The notes under the pieces are model-generated. The model made no database searches, was not told the origin of the DNA, and saw only the letters and a program-made list of their open reading frames with translations. The position numbers and the translations under genes are program-made. Shown piece by piece: positions 24,755 through 38,447 of a stretch of 64,000 bases of DNA. How positions within the stretch are numbered: the stretch's first letter is position 1; every line of letters starts with the position of its first letter. Location of the stretch: positions 642,867 through 706,866 of the forward strand of contig NMRA01000174.1 in NCBI GenBank assembly GCA_002633005.1, written 5' to 3'. The stretch comes from Phoronis australis (taxonomy: Eukaryota > Animalia > Phoronida).

Positions 24755-27700
24755 ATGTCACCTGTTCGCTGGAATGTTCGGCGCGTGAGATTCACTGTAG
24801 TACTTTTTTTCCTACTCATTTTTGTCGTATTCTTTTGCTGGATTCAATACAATGATCTGACGTGGACTGGATCACTTAAGGACATCAATGATGTGCAAGA
24901 TGACTTTAAGCACCGTACTCACGGCAAGGCTGAAAATAGAAGAAAAATTCGTCCTGTTCACATGCTTAATTCAACAAATGTCAAGACCAATTTGAACAAA
25001 GTAGTGTTAGAGAACGGCAAAACACATTTAACAGCTCAAGGCAATAGAGATGCCATTGTTCCTGTTGTGAAAGGTTTTGATAAACAAAAAGTTATCGATA
25101 AAGATAAAGAAAAATTTGACATCAAGCTTCTTAGGGCTTCTCAACCAAAGAAGTTTCCAATATTTCACAAGGACTTTGAGAAGCCAAAGTTTGTGGAGGG
25201 ACGAAATCTCAATGCCCACTGGACTCCTCCCTGGGTTCCTACAGAAGCATATGTGTTTGACACAACAAGGTACCTTTGCCTTTTTAACTATGGCATTTAA
25301 ATAAATTATTTGCATATTTTTTGTTACGTGTTGGTATGATTTGGTAATTAATGGTTGATTTGCAGTTCCATCAGCTACGTGTGCTTCTCAAGGATTTCTT
25401 AGTTTTGTTGAATGATTGCTTCCCAAATGCACTTAGTGAATTATCTTTGTTTGAGTGTAATCTTCTATCCGATTAATTCCATACCCGTCTTGTTACATTA
25501 AACTGTTTAAATCTGGGTGCCGCTTTCATATCCAGACTGTAACTCAAGATACGCTATCTAAATTATCTCCCTTGGTATCCACTGGCATTTCCATTCAGTT
25601 CACAAAAGGACAGCATGAAATTCCCTTTTAATTTTTATCTGTTAGAGTAATAATTTTTTTACAATCTAATTTTGTGTTTGATTTCTAAGGTAGTTCTAAT
25701 CCCAGCCACTAGGAGGCTGAAAATAGGAAGAAGTTTTGTCCTGAGTTGTAGCTCCTGAACAGTATATTTTGTCTTATTGTTGTAGCTTTCCAAAGAATAC
25801 CCGGTTGTCACCTAGTATTGGGAACGGTCATGTGGCCACTGTCATACACAGTGACTCTATATTTATGAATGGCCTTTACAACGGAGCCGGTAGTGATAGC
25901 CACCGTGCCAGGATACCATCTGTTAGTGCGATCAACATAACGAGTATTTCACCTCCAGTGACACACAAAAGAACATACTCACTCGATGTTGTTCAAGGTA
26001 AAATGTATTCATAATTAAGTAACTCATAGATTTTGAAATACTATTGGAAAAATAATGGGATTTAATGACTGTTGATGTTCTTCACATTTGTAGAGTGTTT
26101 TGAATCTGCCTCAAGGTTGTGACTAACCAGTGACACATTGAAGGCTCCTAATCAGTATTCAAATTTGAGTGTGCTTTGTGTTATTTATAGTCACGAGTGC
26201 ACGTTCATTTGGAGCGCAAAATTAATGAAGTTCTGCCCAATACCAACTTGTTTAGAACTAGAAAAATGAAATTTTGTCCCCAGATTCTGCATTTGGACAA
26301 ACAAACATAAGTCATATTTTGGAATTGTGCATTTCTTTGATGGCGGTGTTTATGTTTTACTTGAAGACTGCTCATTTTCCTGTTCCGTGGAGACCTTGTG
26401 TGTGTGATTTTGTTGATCAAATTTGAACTTTACTCATAATGTATATCCAGGAGGGATCTTTTTTAATTCTGAATTGTCACATTTTGACATTCATTCTGTT
26501 TATTATATTAATTATTCAGTATTGCGAGTCAGTATCATCTATTTGACCCATGTGTATAAACAATGCACCAAATTTTCCTGCCTCAAGTATTATCAATTGA
26601 GTCAATAACCAAAAATGACAAATAAACTTCCGTTTCACTTTTTGTTTGATGATATAATATTCTGTTTTCATATTTTTAACAGTCAAACTTGCTGATGATT
26701 AAGGATTCTTACATGGATATTTTCATAGTATATACTGACTATTTGTTTTGAATAGGTGATAAATTTTTCTCTGTTGAATTGAAAAAAAAAACATTGATTA
26801 ATTCATTTCAGCTGTTTACTCTGAGAGGATTGTCTCAAAAGATTACGAAATCATACAGAGGGTGTACGCCCATCGTATCATTCCTCAGCTGCTTGTAACT
26901 GAGATTGAGATGGCACGCAATGATCCTAATGTGGACATGAAGATCTTCTTATCTCAAAACAGTGGGAAGGTGTCTAAAGACATTAATTTTACTGAAGTGA
27001 ATAGTAACAGGCAAAAAGTTGTGTAAGTAGATCTAGTCCTGGTTCCTCCAAACTTTATTCATTTGACCAGTTTATGCAGGCATAATTTGAATGCACTCAA
27101 GGTCATTAAAGCAATTTTCTTTGATACACTGAGATTCCTTAACTCTGGCTAATTGGTACACTAAAAATGTGTCCGTGATCATACCTTATTTTGTCTAGCC
27201 TCAGGAATAGTATGCATTGCCTCCAGATTTTAATACAACAGCAATGGAAACCAGCTCAGTGTTTTTGTACAAGCTTTAATACAACAGCAATGGAAACCAG
27301 CTCAGTGTCTTTGTCCAAGCTTTAATACAACAGCAATGTAAACCAGCTCAGTGTCTTTGTCCAAGCTTTAATACAACAGCATGGAAACCAGCTCAGTGTC
27401 TTTGTCCAAGCTTTAATACAACAGCAATGGAAACCAGCTCAGTGTCTTTGTCCAAGCTTTAATACAACAGTAATGGAAACCAGCTCAGTGTCTTTGTCCA
27501 ACCTTTGAACTTGTCAGCAGTTTCTTAGTAAAGGATTTTAATTTTATGCATCTATTAAAATGTCGTCAGAGTGGAGTTCTTTAAAAATGCTTTTGCAACT
27601 AGACTGGTCATTTTAAACCTTTTTATTGCAATTTAACTTAAATTTTGCCAAAAAAATAACTTTTGATTTGAGTACTAACCATTTCAAAAATGCTGTTAAA

Positions 27701-30700
27701 TTGGCGTGACTTTGCTCATATTGGAAGTGAGGTCTGGGCTTGGGATGAAATGCTTATGACTGTGATTGAGGCTATGCTAGAGGCTATGATTGTGGCTATG
27801 CTTGAGGTCATACCCGGCATGTAAAATGACTCGCTGAGTCAAGGCGCTTCTGATCTAAGCCTAAAAATCACTTCTAATCTGAGCCAGGAGCAAGCTGAGA
27901 CCAGTGTTGTAACTGTCGGTAAGTGGTCTAAATCAGTAGTCAGTTATTAAGCAGCTGTATATTTTTCTTTGCAGCCACAAGGTTGGTAGAGTCAAGGTCT
28001 CAGAAACATCATCAACACCACTATATTTTGTTCACCTGTACTACGATGAAATCCCAAAATTTCTACCAGTTCCAAAGGGCCTAAGCAGGTGTCAGTGGTT
28101 TTTTGTCGCTTCCATTGGCAATGATGCTCAGGAGACAGAGCAGGCGTACAAAATAGGTAATGGTCTCGTACTCAACATGTTGATCAACACCTACCAAACA
28201 AGTACATAATCTGATGGCTGGCGCAGATGTGGAGCACGGAATCGTGCAGATTGCCATAGAGGGATGTAGGCTAGTTTCCAGCAGAGACTGGATGGCTCCG
28301 ACCTATTCTGGCTCGTGATTGATTATAAATATGGCAGCGAGTTACTTAACCACAAAGGTTGGCCCTTCCAACAAATACAGATTGGTTCCTTCTACACAAC
28401 GTCTTTTATGTTTAAGTCCTCATCAATGTCCACCCGCTTACAACAACCTCCACATATACTGTGCAGGTGTTTGTTCGTAGTAAGTGCACAATAGTGATAC
28501 AAACCTTAACTTACAGACTGTGCACTTTGTATCATACTGCTTGTTGGATACTTGGAATATAGTTCATTATGTACGGAATAATAGCAACATAACAAACAAT
28601 CAGTGTTTTATGTATTCTCTACAGTGACACCTGTCATGTTAGTCAATTTGAGTGATTTTCCAAACATGGAAATCAATACTGTCAGGAACTTGACTATATG
28701 ATTGGCTGGAGGCTGGAATTAGGCTTTTAAGGAATGTCAATGCATTATCATGTGTTTTGGTTGTCAAATGCCCATTACCAATGCGGGGTTATATATTTAC
28801 TTCAGTTTTCCCCTTGTCCTTGAAGGTTTGTTTTTAATGGATGAGATTTTTATAAAAGAACTGAGTTAACCACTAGACAATAAGTGCAGTCATTAAAAAC
28901 GTTAATTGTCAGTTTCTCAAGAGTGTTTGTAAGTCACATTTGAACCCCAGTGCAGCCATCTTCACCAACCAGGGTAATTAGAGCACTTACCACCAGGATA
29001 GTAATTTCTTCCAAATGTGCCAAAAAACAACATGGCTGTCTGAGGAATGGAAAGAGACTGCTTCCTTGACTGAACACTAGATGGTGTTACCATTTGGTGT
29101 TATCAACTGGTGCTTAATGGCTTGAATGTATAACTAGGTGGTGTATTTCAGCCATTGACCAAATTCGAACCAATAAGCTACTGTCTTCACATGTGGAGGC
29201 CTGGGCCAGCTTGTGGAAAACAGGGCGTATTGACGTGGCTGGAAGCTTGTGGATATCCAAGGCACTGTATGGCAGTTTGTACTATATTCTCAGCTCACTT
29301 CCTTTACAAGATGAAGCAAATGGGCTCATTTCATTCATAGGGCTGAGCCCTACTGGACTGGCTAGTGGGAACACTGAACAAGTGAGTTTTTCGGCTTATC
29401 ACTTCAACACAGTTTAATGTTTAATTGCTTATGATTTTTTAATCGTATTATGAGTATATTATATTACTTATTTAAGAAAAAACATATATAATCACTTCAG
29501 CACAGTTTAACGTTTAATTGCTTATGATTTTTTAATCAAATTATGAGTATATTATATTACTTATTTAAGAAAAAACATATAATTTAATTATGAGGATAGT
29601 ATTCACTATTTGCACACTTTTGTGTCACTGCAAAAATGGTTGTTCTGCATTGTTGTTTAGGCTAATTTAGCATCAGTTTTAACAACAAGACAAATGGGAA
29701 AGCGCATGTGTTACAAATAATGAAGAACTATAGGTTGGACACACTTCATTTCAAGCGTAATGACAATTTCGTGCAAGTAGTGAACCTACAACATATTTAA
29801 GAAATAATGCATGCTTTAAAGGGAATCAAAACTATTTTGTCTGTTTTATTTTCAAAAAACATAATCTAAGCTATCCCACTTGCTTCAGCAAAACTTGTCA
29901 ATGAAATTTCCCTTACTACGATTGGACTTTACTTCTGCTCCTGCAAAGAATATGCAGAGCATTTACAAGTTAAAATCCTGAAATTTTTAGGGCTGATCAG
30001 CATTCTAAAATTCTGACCACTTCACTTTGTTCACCTATTTTCTTTCAGTTTCTATTGGATGTTGACACTGGGGCATTTTTAGTTCCAGTTTGATTGGCTT
30101 CGAATTTCATGGTTTCACATTTGTGCTATTAGTGGAGAGGCAGTATTAAAGCGGAACTTGCACGCTAACCCCTTATTTGATTGCTTGGTCAAATTAGTTC
30201 GAAACACAACATATGGCGATGTTGTGAATATGAAGTACTTTGAAAATTGCCAAATGTTATTAAGAATGAGTTTTGTGTTGAAAATGATCTATCGCAAATC
30301 ACTCAACCGCGTCCAGTAAGTATAATAACGTAGTGTTTGGGAATAATACACTGCATGATGCAGGCCATGTGAGCCCCCAAGGTATGTCATTAGTGAAAAG
30401 GTCACTCATTTGCAGAATTTTTTGTTTCCACATTTACAAGTTGTCAGTGAATACAACTGCACCTTGTTTAGCATAGAAGATGTTCAAATAGAATTGCCGT
30501 TTAGTTCCTGCAATGCATAAGGCTAGTTAATAGGAGTATGCAAATACATCAGATTCTTATCCTGTGTAGGATTACCAAGGACATGTATTTTGGGATCAAG
30601 AAACCTGGATGTTCCCATCCGTACTCATGATGCATGCGGAATTAAGCAAGACGATACTGAAGTCGAGAATACGCACTCGATCAGCTGCGCTGGAAAATGC

Positions 30701-33700
30701 CAAAATGAATCACCTGAAGGGCTCTCAGTTTCCTTGGGAGAGCGGCCTCTCTGGTAGGTTATGCTGAACTTAGGCATTAATTAATAAAAATTAAGTTTGT
30801 TCCCTTTCGCACTACTCACCCTAAAACATGTGCATCACTTATTTGATATATGACAACGGATTTTTTCAGTATATTTTTCACAACAAAAGTGAGGGTACCC
30901 CAAGAATGGAAAGTGGAAAAATAAGATATCTTATGTACCAATCTATCCTGCCAGGAGGCAGTGTGGCCTAGTGGGATAAGTGTCCGCGTCCTTTACCAAT
31001 AGCCATGGGTTTGAGTCCCACTGGGGTACACTGCTAGACCCTCGAGTCAATGTGTACAAGACCGCCTGCAACTATTTTTTAAATCACCAATCTACTCAGC
31101 ACAGAACAGTGAGGGTAGGGTAAAGAAGTACAAGTTATATTTCAAAGGCGGTCTTAATTAAAGATTTTTGTTGTCAGACATATGGAGTCATTTTGAGATA
31201 TTTTTTTTACAGGTAACCTTTCAAAAGCTTCTGCATATTACATCTGTTGAGCTTGCTTCTTTCAACAGTAATGTCAATTATGAAAATGGGGATCAACACA
31301 CTTTCATTCATTTATTTTTGCTGACACGTGATTTGATCTTTCATCAAAGAATTTGGTTTGTTGAGATTTCAATACAACACCTCGAAAAAATACAATTCAG
31401 TGTAAAAAGCCGTGCGCAGATGTCTCTCTTTGAAAATATTTCTACAAAGTGCGCAGTCATGTATTTCTTTCATTGACTTTCAATAAAAAATAAACAATGA
31501 AAAGTGATAGCATAGCATAATTCTACCTTGGTATTATTGTTACATACTTTCATTCTATGTTCTCCAAAATGTAACAGTCTGGTGGCCAAAAGTGCCAAGT
31601 TATGCTAAAACAACTCTCACACCAAGTTGATTGAGTTTTCTCCATTGGTGGTAAGTTGTGCAGCAACAGATCTTGTATACCCAGGCAATCACTAGCGTAA
31701 TTGAGTAAATGTTACGTGGTGACATGGAATGCCTTTTGGTTTTGTTAATAACGTAATTGGATGGCTGTTATAATCATGCTTGGATTTGAAATCTGTTTCA
31801 GACCATTTTGCTTTCCCTGATTTCAGGTTATGAAGTGACAGAGTCAAAGAACTGTGCTAAATATGAAATTCACGTGAATGGTGACATAGCACTGGCCCTG
31901 CAAAAGTACATATATATGACCAACAATACGCAATTTTTTGCCAATGAAGAAGGCAAATACCTTGCCTTGGACATTGCTAAGTTTTGGGCTAGCAGAGTGA
32001 CCAAAAATAGCTTGACAAACATGTATGAAGTCCTGGGTAAGTTGTGGATAATTCTATGAGAATATGGGAAAGATTGGCAGGGAGGGGGGGAGGGGACTTC
32101 CACTGTATGTCTGACCTATGCCATTCTGTCAACTGATACATCAAACTGATACAATTATTAATTGACAGTGTTTTTGTTTTTGCATAGTACTATCACGTGA
32201 GTGACGTCAACTTCAGCCTTAAAAAGCTCTCTTCTACTAACCACTACTAAGTAGAAATAAAGCCATTGTTTCAAACAGACTGCATTGTCATTTGGCATAT
32301 CGTACTGTTGGTCTGAAGTGAATGTCATTTCAAATGCTGTTTGAATTCTTTTTGAGGATAAACATCCTGATGAAAAACTGGCGTCACGCAAAACAGGGAT
32401 TTTGTATGCTAAAATTTTATTAAAATTCTGTTTGACTTTCTAGCGAGTGTATCATGAAATAGACGAGAAACAACACTATGGAATTGATTTGTTTTTGGTG
32501 TTACAGTTTTGAAATACCTGAATGATGTATAGGTCTTCATCTGCAATATGCAAGACTTAAAATTAGAAGGTATCAAAACATGTCAATCATAAAATTTCTT
32601 GGGAGGTCATGTGCTATTTATTATGAAACAGATTTGTTCTTTACAAGGTGTAATGGGTCCAGATGAGTACCATCCCAAGGTCAACAACTCTGCCTACACC
32701 AATGCCATCTGTGGGATTAGTCTGGAACTAGCACAGCACATATGCAAATTACTCAAAATTCCACCCGATCCCGAGTGGAGTAAGATCTCTCAGAATATGT
32801 ACATACCATACAACAAGAAAGAGCAATATCATCCAGAGTTTGATGGTTATGATTACAGTAAGTGTGTTTTTCACCATATACATTTAGTATTTAGTTTGAA
32901 ATCCATGCATGACTTATGAATTAGTTGATGTTTCTGGTTTATTCTTTTGACATCATTGAAAACAATTTGACCAAAGCAGTTAATTTTCTAAAAGCTCTTG
33001 TATTGTCAATTTTAATAAAAAAATTTGCTGTCATGTTATTGAAACTACAAAATTTCAACTGTGGACATATCTTGTAAGCTGAAATGTTTTGTTATAGTAG
33101 AAAAGATGCATTATGCCAAACAGACTGTTTCATCATATCAGTGTATCCAACTTTGATGTAACCTGTTGGAACACATTTGGAGTTTTTAACTAGCATATCT
33201 GGACTGTGGCCATCACATTTGTCAATAAATTGTCATGAATTAATCTTGGATTTGATACATGGTTGGTACAATTGTTTATAATTATTTGTGGTACAAGTTA
33301 CTTTACTATGCTTATCATTCTGTTTTGTAGAATCAAAGCCAAGTTCTTCCAAAATCAAACAAGCAGACGTGGTTTTGTTAGGTTACCCACTTCAACAACA
33401 GATGTCCTTGGAAGCAAGACAACATGATTTACGAATATATGCCAAGGTAGCAATTTCTGTTATGACGCACACCCAGGGGCTCATCTAGGACTTCAAAAAT
33501 AGGACGCCCAGAATGGACTTCCTAATTTCTCAAGGCGTCCATCACCAATAACATGTGATAGTGTTTTCATTACTCCAAGTCAAATTACTGAAATTATAGT
33601 TAGGTATGTTACTGTGGAGATATGGTTCATAACAAAGTATTTTGTATTTTACTTCATTTTTAAACTAATTTTTATTCAGAATGGGCCAGTTATTTCCCAG

Positions 33701-36120
33701 AGTTGCTGCTCGTAAATTGAAAGAGACCCCCATTCTTATTTGCTTATTTTACTTGGGTGTCCAAATGCCAAACAGTGCGTCCTTGCTAGGGTGTCTAAAT
33801 ATAAGTCATGTTATCCATTTTGAAACAAAATGACCCAGAATTCCCCATCAGAATGGCTGTGCTATCATCAGTAATCTTCCCTCATGACTAAGAATGAAGG
33901 GGAATTTGCAGGAAAATTAGTAAAGTGGGTTAGTCATTCTAATTGGAATTTTGCTGTCCTAATAGCTTTTTTCAGTAATTTTTGCTGTTAACAGAACTAC
34001 CATGATGGGGAAAACTGTTGTCTGATTACTTTTGTCTTGTATGTTACTAACTGTACATTGTTTGGGTGGTTATAATTTCATACCCAACAAGTTTGAGAAC
34101 GCACATACCCTACCATCTAATACAGGTTGATTTTAGTTGACGTCTTAACTCTGAAAGTTGTCAGATTTCTCCTTTTAAAGATTTAAAAATTGTTTCCTAG
34201 GCAACTGACCTATCAGGGCCCAGCATGACATGGAGTATGTACAGTATAGGGTGGCTGGAACTGAAGGACTATGTCACAGCTGGTGACATGTTTGACAGAA
34301 ACATGGCGTACATTACCAGTCCCTTCCAGGTATTTGGATGGATTTGTAGTAAGACACATATAGTTAGAAAGTGAAATTAGTCTCAACGTGTGTCTTAATC
34401 ACAGTATTGTGACCGGAAGCTGTCTAATGCCCATTTCAGACGAGGGACATTGTCGGCTGAAAAGTTGCGCAACTTTGCAGTGTTGCGTTAACATTAGCGT
34501 CAGATCGACCAACACTAGATATGACAACAAATAAATTAAATGGCACTAAATTCATCAACACTAGATATGACAACAAATAAATTAAATGGCACTAAATTCA
34601 TCAACACTAGATATGACAACAAATAAATTAAGTGGCACTAAATTCATCAAATCAAAACAATGTGGGCACCAGTTTGCGGAATATGTTGTGTCGTATCAGT
34701 GGAAATAGATTACTAGGCGTTTGGTTTACGTTGTCTTCGACATGACTGCTGAAAGCTGGCATCAAACACTGCAAATTTTCCCATCAGTGTTGAAACGAAC
34801 CTGCAGATATTTTTGTACTTTATGACAAATTTTTAGATATTAAAGCTTACAAGCTGATAGGATTTTTTTTGTTCACAATCTGTACATGTGCCAAAAGCTA
34901 AGTGATTCCCATGAACCTTCAAATTGTCTATTAACAAGTAAACGCAAATTTCTTTTCCAGTTCTTTTTATGTGAGATTTCCATTTGTCCTTATCACTGTA
35001 ATCTTTTGACTTTCCATTAAATATTTGTTTATTTGAAGTTAAACTTTCTTCAACTTTCCACTGGTTGAACAACACGATTAAGGCTGTACGGAACTGTAGG
35101 AATGACTTATGTTGGTAAATGCAAATATGATTTTTGATTGGTCAGTAAATCCACTTCTGCCCTCCCACTTCTGTAAAATGTTGGTCGAAAAATTGAACAA
35201 GGTTGAACATCCTCAACTTCTCCGCAACTTCTTGATCATCATTTTCAACACAAACGATATGTTACAGAGTCATTCACATGTGCAATTTTGACATAACGTG
35301 CAATTTTGACATATTGTGCAACTTTTCAGGTGACAATGACGCTCTTCTGAAATGGACTTAATCAGACCAAGTGTTTTTGTAACTAATTTTAAAATGTAGT
35401 TAGCTATATTGTGCGTTTGTTTTGACTGTAATTTTAAATAATTATGTCATAATCTCAAAGTTTTATATTTTCAAGCAAAACTTTGTTTTTATTTGCGGAC
35501 CACTCATAAGTAATAGGTGTCTGCGAAATTCTTTGTCACTCTTCAGTGTAATTTTTAAATTACTTGTGAAATAACTAGTGGCAGAGCAGTAAAATAAATT
35601 TTCTATTTCAATTGAAATACACAAAGTCCTGACTTTTATTTACTGTCGGATAAAAATCATATTTTGTTCTGGTAGTCTCAATTGTTTTGAATATCAACAA
35701 TACATCATGGAATTTCACTTCCAAGGCTCGGTATGGTATAACTGGTTTTATTGACAGGTATGGACAGAGGTTGGTGACGGATCTGGCGCTGTTAACTTCT
35801 TGACAGGAATGGGTGGTTTCCTACAGAATGTTCTCTTTGGTTATGGTGGATTCAGGGCTCACAAGGATCGACTTGAGCTAGACCCAGTCCTCCCCCCTAA
35901 TACAAATACCTTCAACGTAACCGGCTTAGACTACTTAGGCGCAGTGTTCGATTTCATCACAGTCTCAGAGTCATTTACCGTGGTGTTAAGATACAAGCCA
36001 CATGGAAATTTCAGGTTTGTCGTGGAAATTGCTTCTACCAAGTGGAGGGAAAATCTGGTGATTAATAGACCTACAAGCTTACACAGAGGAAAAGCATACA
36101 TCATCCCTGTGAAGTCTTGA
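24755..36120 (+). CDS. PGGHG: Protein-glucosylgalactosylhydroxylysine glucosidase-like (ATHL1, glycoside hydrolase family 65), about 853 aa, with N-terminal signal anchor
   Basis: Exons 24755-25269, 25786-25997, 26812-27022, 27975-28156, 29152-29381, 30570-30753, 31827-32036, 32648-32857, 33331-33446, 34201-34329, 35758-36120 (TGA); all GT-AG and phase-consistent, 2562 nt. GH65/PGGHG motifs IGNGHVAT, YQGHVFWDQETWMFP, FPWES, EIHVNGDI, GPDEYH, KQADVVLLGYP, GPSMTW, VWTE, NFLTGMGGFLQ. Confidence 0.93.
27228..27502. repeat. Minisatellite, 46 bp x 6
   Basis: Near-identical units TTTAATACAACAGCAATGGAAACCAGCTCAGTGTCTTTGTCCAAGC. Confidence 0.95.
29398..29582. repeat. Tandem duplication, 93 bp x 2
   Basis: ATCACTTCA(A/G)CACAGTTTAA...AAGAAAAAACATAT repeated just after a PGGHG donor. 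Confidence 0.9.
30953..31080 (+). mobile_element. tRNA-derived SINE, internally deleted copy
   Basis: A box TGGCCTAGTGG and B box GGTTTGAGTCC. Head and tail (AGACCGCCTGCAA(C/T)TATTT) match the SINE at 43138. Confidence 0.75.
34428..35358. mobile_element. PIF/Harbinger-type non-autonomous element, 931 bp
   Basis: About 44 bp imperfect TIRs (GCCCATTTCAGACGAG...CTGAAAAGTTGC and GCAACTTTTCAG...CTTCTGAAATGGAC), flanked by TAA on both sides. Confidence 0.8.
34510..34650. repeat. Minisatellite, 46 bp x 3, inside the Harbinger-type element
   Basis: Unit CAACACTAGATATGACAACAAATAAATTAAATGGCACTAAATTCAT. Confidence 0.95.
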
Positions 36121-36858
36121 GAACACTTCTCCATGAAATGAAGGCATAACTAGAGAGGGTCAGTAGGACAACTGAAGGTTGGCAGAGTCTTTTAACTTCA
36201 TGTAGCATGGTCCTACAGGGAGTAGTATACATGTCATGTGCTGTATTAAGAAGTGAACACAAGTTTGTGCAAAGAATGAAACTACCTGGTGTGAGCGTGT
36301 ACATCCATTCAGGTGGGATCCTTGTAATATGAACGGCTCCCATGCTGCTTATCAGGTTTCTATTATTTTTCTCTTCAGATTGTAAAAAGGTCGTTTTTCA
36401 CAAGCGTCCGACTTTGATGAAAGTCAAGGACATCAGTGTTCACTAGACCCAGACACTATAGGGAGATAGATGAGAGACCCTCTGATGCCAATTCTTATTC
36501 AGTAAATTTTATTACCAGTTTTGCATGTAGCTTACCATTTAAATTTGATTTTCATTCATTGAGAAACTCTTTAAATATGTGATATTTGTATCGTTTTTAT
36601 ATTATGTGCAGTAACTGTGTTAAACACATCTTTTCTGGTCAGGATAGCTATTTTGAGACACTGTACTTGTCTTGGTGAATGTCCTACCCCTATTTCTCCA
36701 AATTTTCACCTTTAAATGGCCATTTTGGTTTTACACCTACCCCCCAGTTTATGGAATCAGAACTTTCAGTTTCTACGGATTTCCCAAAGACACACTTCAC
36801 TTTCTTGCTACAAAGCTTTATTCCACCATTGATTGACATACACCTTCTCACAAGTGCC

Positions 36859-37175
36859 TAGGGCACGGTGCCTAATGTCAGACTCCAACTCGAACTCACA
36901 CTCGAAATCTCATTTGCTACTCGACTCGAGTAAAAACTCCAATTTCGAGTTTGCTAAGCTAGGGTACTTGAAACCGCAATCGAAAATAAAAAATGGCTGA
37001 CATGAGGCAATATTATACAAAACAAAACAGAAAGGGGAGCTGCAATCATGATAAGAAGACCACTTCAATATTGACAAAACCCTCGGGCGAGCCTTAGTAG
37101 CGAGGAAGCATTTCGAAGATACCGTTTCCTCCCCGATACTATAGTTTTTATTTTGAATCTACTCAACACCTGTTT
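36859..37175 (+). mobile_element. Harbinger-derived fragment with a transposase N-terminal remnant
   Basis: 37048-37170 translates MIRRPLQY*QNPRASLSSEEAFRRYRFLPDTIVFILNLLN, like the NP..LS.EE.F.RYRF..TI start of Harbinger/HARBI1 transposases. ACTCGA subterminal repeats lie upstream. Confidence 0.6.
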
Positions 37176-37275
37176 GTCGCTAACAAACAGTTCATTCAGC
37201 TGGGGTGTCATTTGATTATTAATTGAGCAATCATAAAGATACTCTCTCAGGGTGCTAACTTAATGCCTCCTTTCC

Positions 37276-37288
37276 NNNNNNNNNNNNN
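37276..37288. other. Assembly gap (13 N) beside a poly-C run
   Basis: Direct observation. Confidence 0.99.
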
Positions 37289-38447
37289 CCCCCCCCCCGA
37301 CTTCCCAAAAAATCTTTTTATTTTTGTTATCACTGGCCCTGGGCAATTTATTTACCCAGATGAGTAGTCACTAGGTAGTAAGCCTTAGCTTTCCTGTAGT
37401 CTTTAATACATACACACACGCACGAGTGCAATTATGTGATGGGTGTTTGAGAAATAACTTATCACGAAAACAGATCTTGTTTACTTTTATATTACATTAA
37501 CAACTTAGATAGTTACAGCATAAACTAACATTTTCATTGTTTGTTTAATATGTGGTTCCCTTTCATATATTTTTATTTTTTACAAATTTTCCACAATTTT
37601 TCATTATTTTTCCAAGACTAAATTTTACTTCAAAAACTAGAATTATGTACTTTTTTTCAAAAATGATTATTGCCAAGAATGATTGAATACATAACTCAAG
37701 ACATGACATGCCAAGTGAGTGTCTTTATTTGTATGGCAAAATTTTCCAAAAGTTCTTTACCCTTATTCATCTTTTATGCCTGGAAACTATTTTTTATTAA
37801 TTCGCTGGTTTTCCATCATGAATGGTAACCACCATATAATCAGTATTGACGTCTTAAGTTTGCTTCTTTCAATCCTTCGGAAGGTTTTCTGTTTGTCTTG
37901 AGAGCAATAAATCTTGGAATCCTGAAATCTTGTTGTCATTCACATTATTTTATTCAAGGTATATCGAGCGCAACATAGGTGGGTAAAAAATAACCAAGTT
38001 CAATGTAAGATAAGATCAGAATGAAGCGATTTAACCAAAAATAACAATGAGTACTACTCTGGCTGCAGTGTAAGCATAGAAAACCAAAAGACTCGATGCG
38101 AACTTGCCGTATTACGACTTGATATTCTGTGAAGTGTTGCAAAATTACATGTGCGAAACGGGATGTCCTACGAAAATAGTCGACATAACAATACCAGTTC
38201 AAGGCTGACGTATGCATGAAATAAGTCGACACTGAAACGGTGCTGCTCTGGACACAACGTAAATGCTGCAAATTGTCCTCTCCAATGCCGTGGCTATGAT
38301 AATGAATTAGAATCAAGATGTTAGTCTTGAAAGGACCACTGCAATAAATAGACCTCTTGTCATACACTGATGTCGGTTTGAATGTATCCAAAGAACGGTG
38401 ATAGGGATAGTGTGTGAGGTACATATGAGTGTACTACACAGTCCTAG

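Noticed and set aside
27228-27502. Regular repeats resembling a CRISPR array (also 4005-4133 and 34510-34650)
   Set aside because: Units are contiguous with no unique spacers, there are no cas genes, and they sit in eukaryotic introns: ordinary minisatellites.
37954-38424. 156 aa minus-strand ORF after the KIZ stop (possible readthrough or extra gene)
   Set aside because: No recognisable motifs and non-coding-like composition. An in-frame TAG lies two codons after the KIZ TGA (TGA CTA GGA is followed by no supporting evidence), so it is treated as 3' UTR; readthrough cannot be supported from sequence alone.
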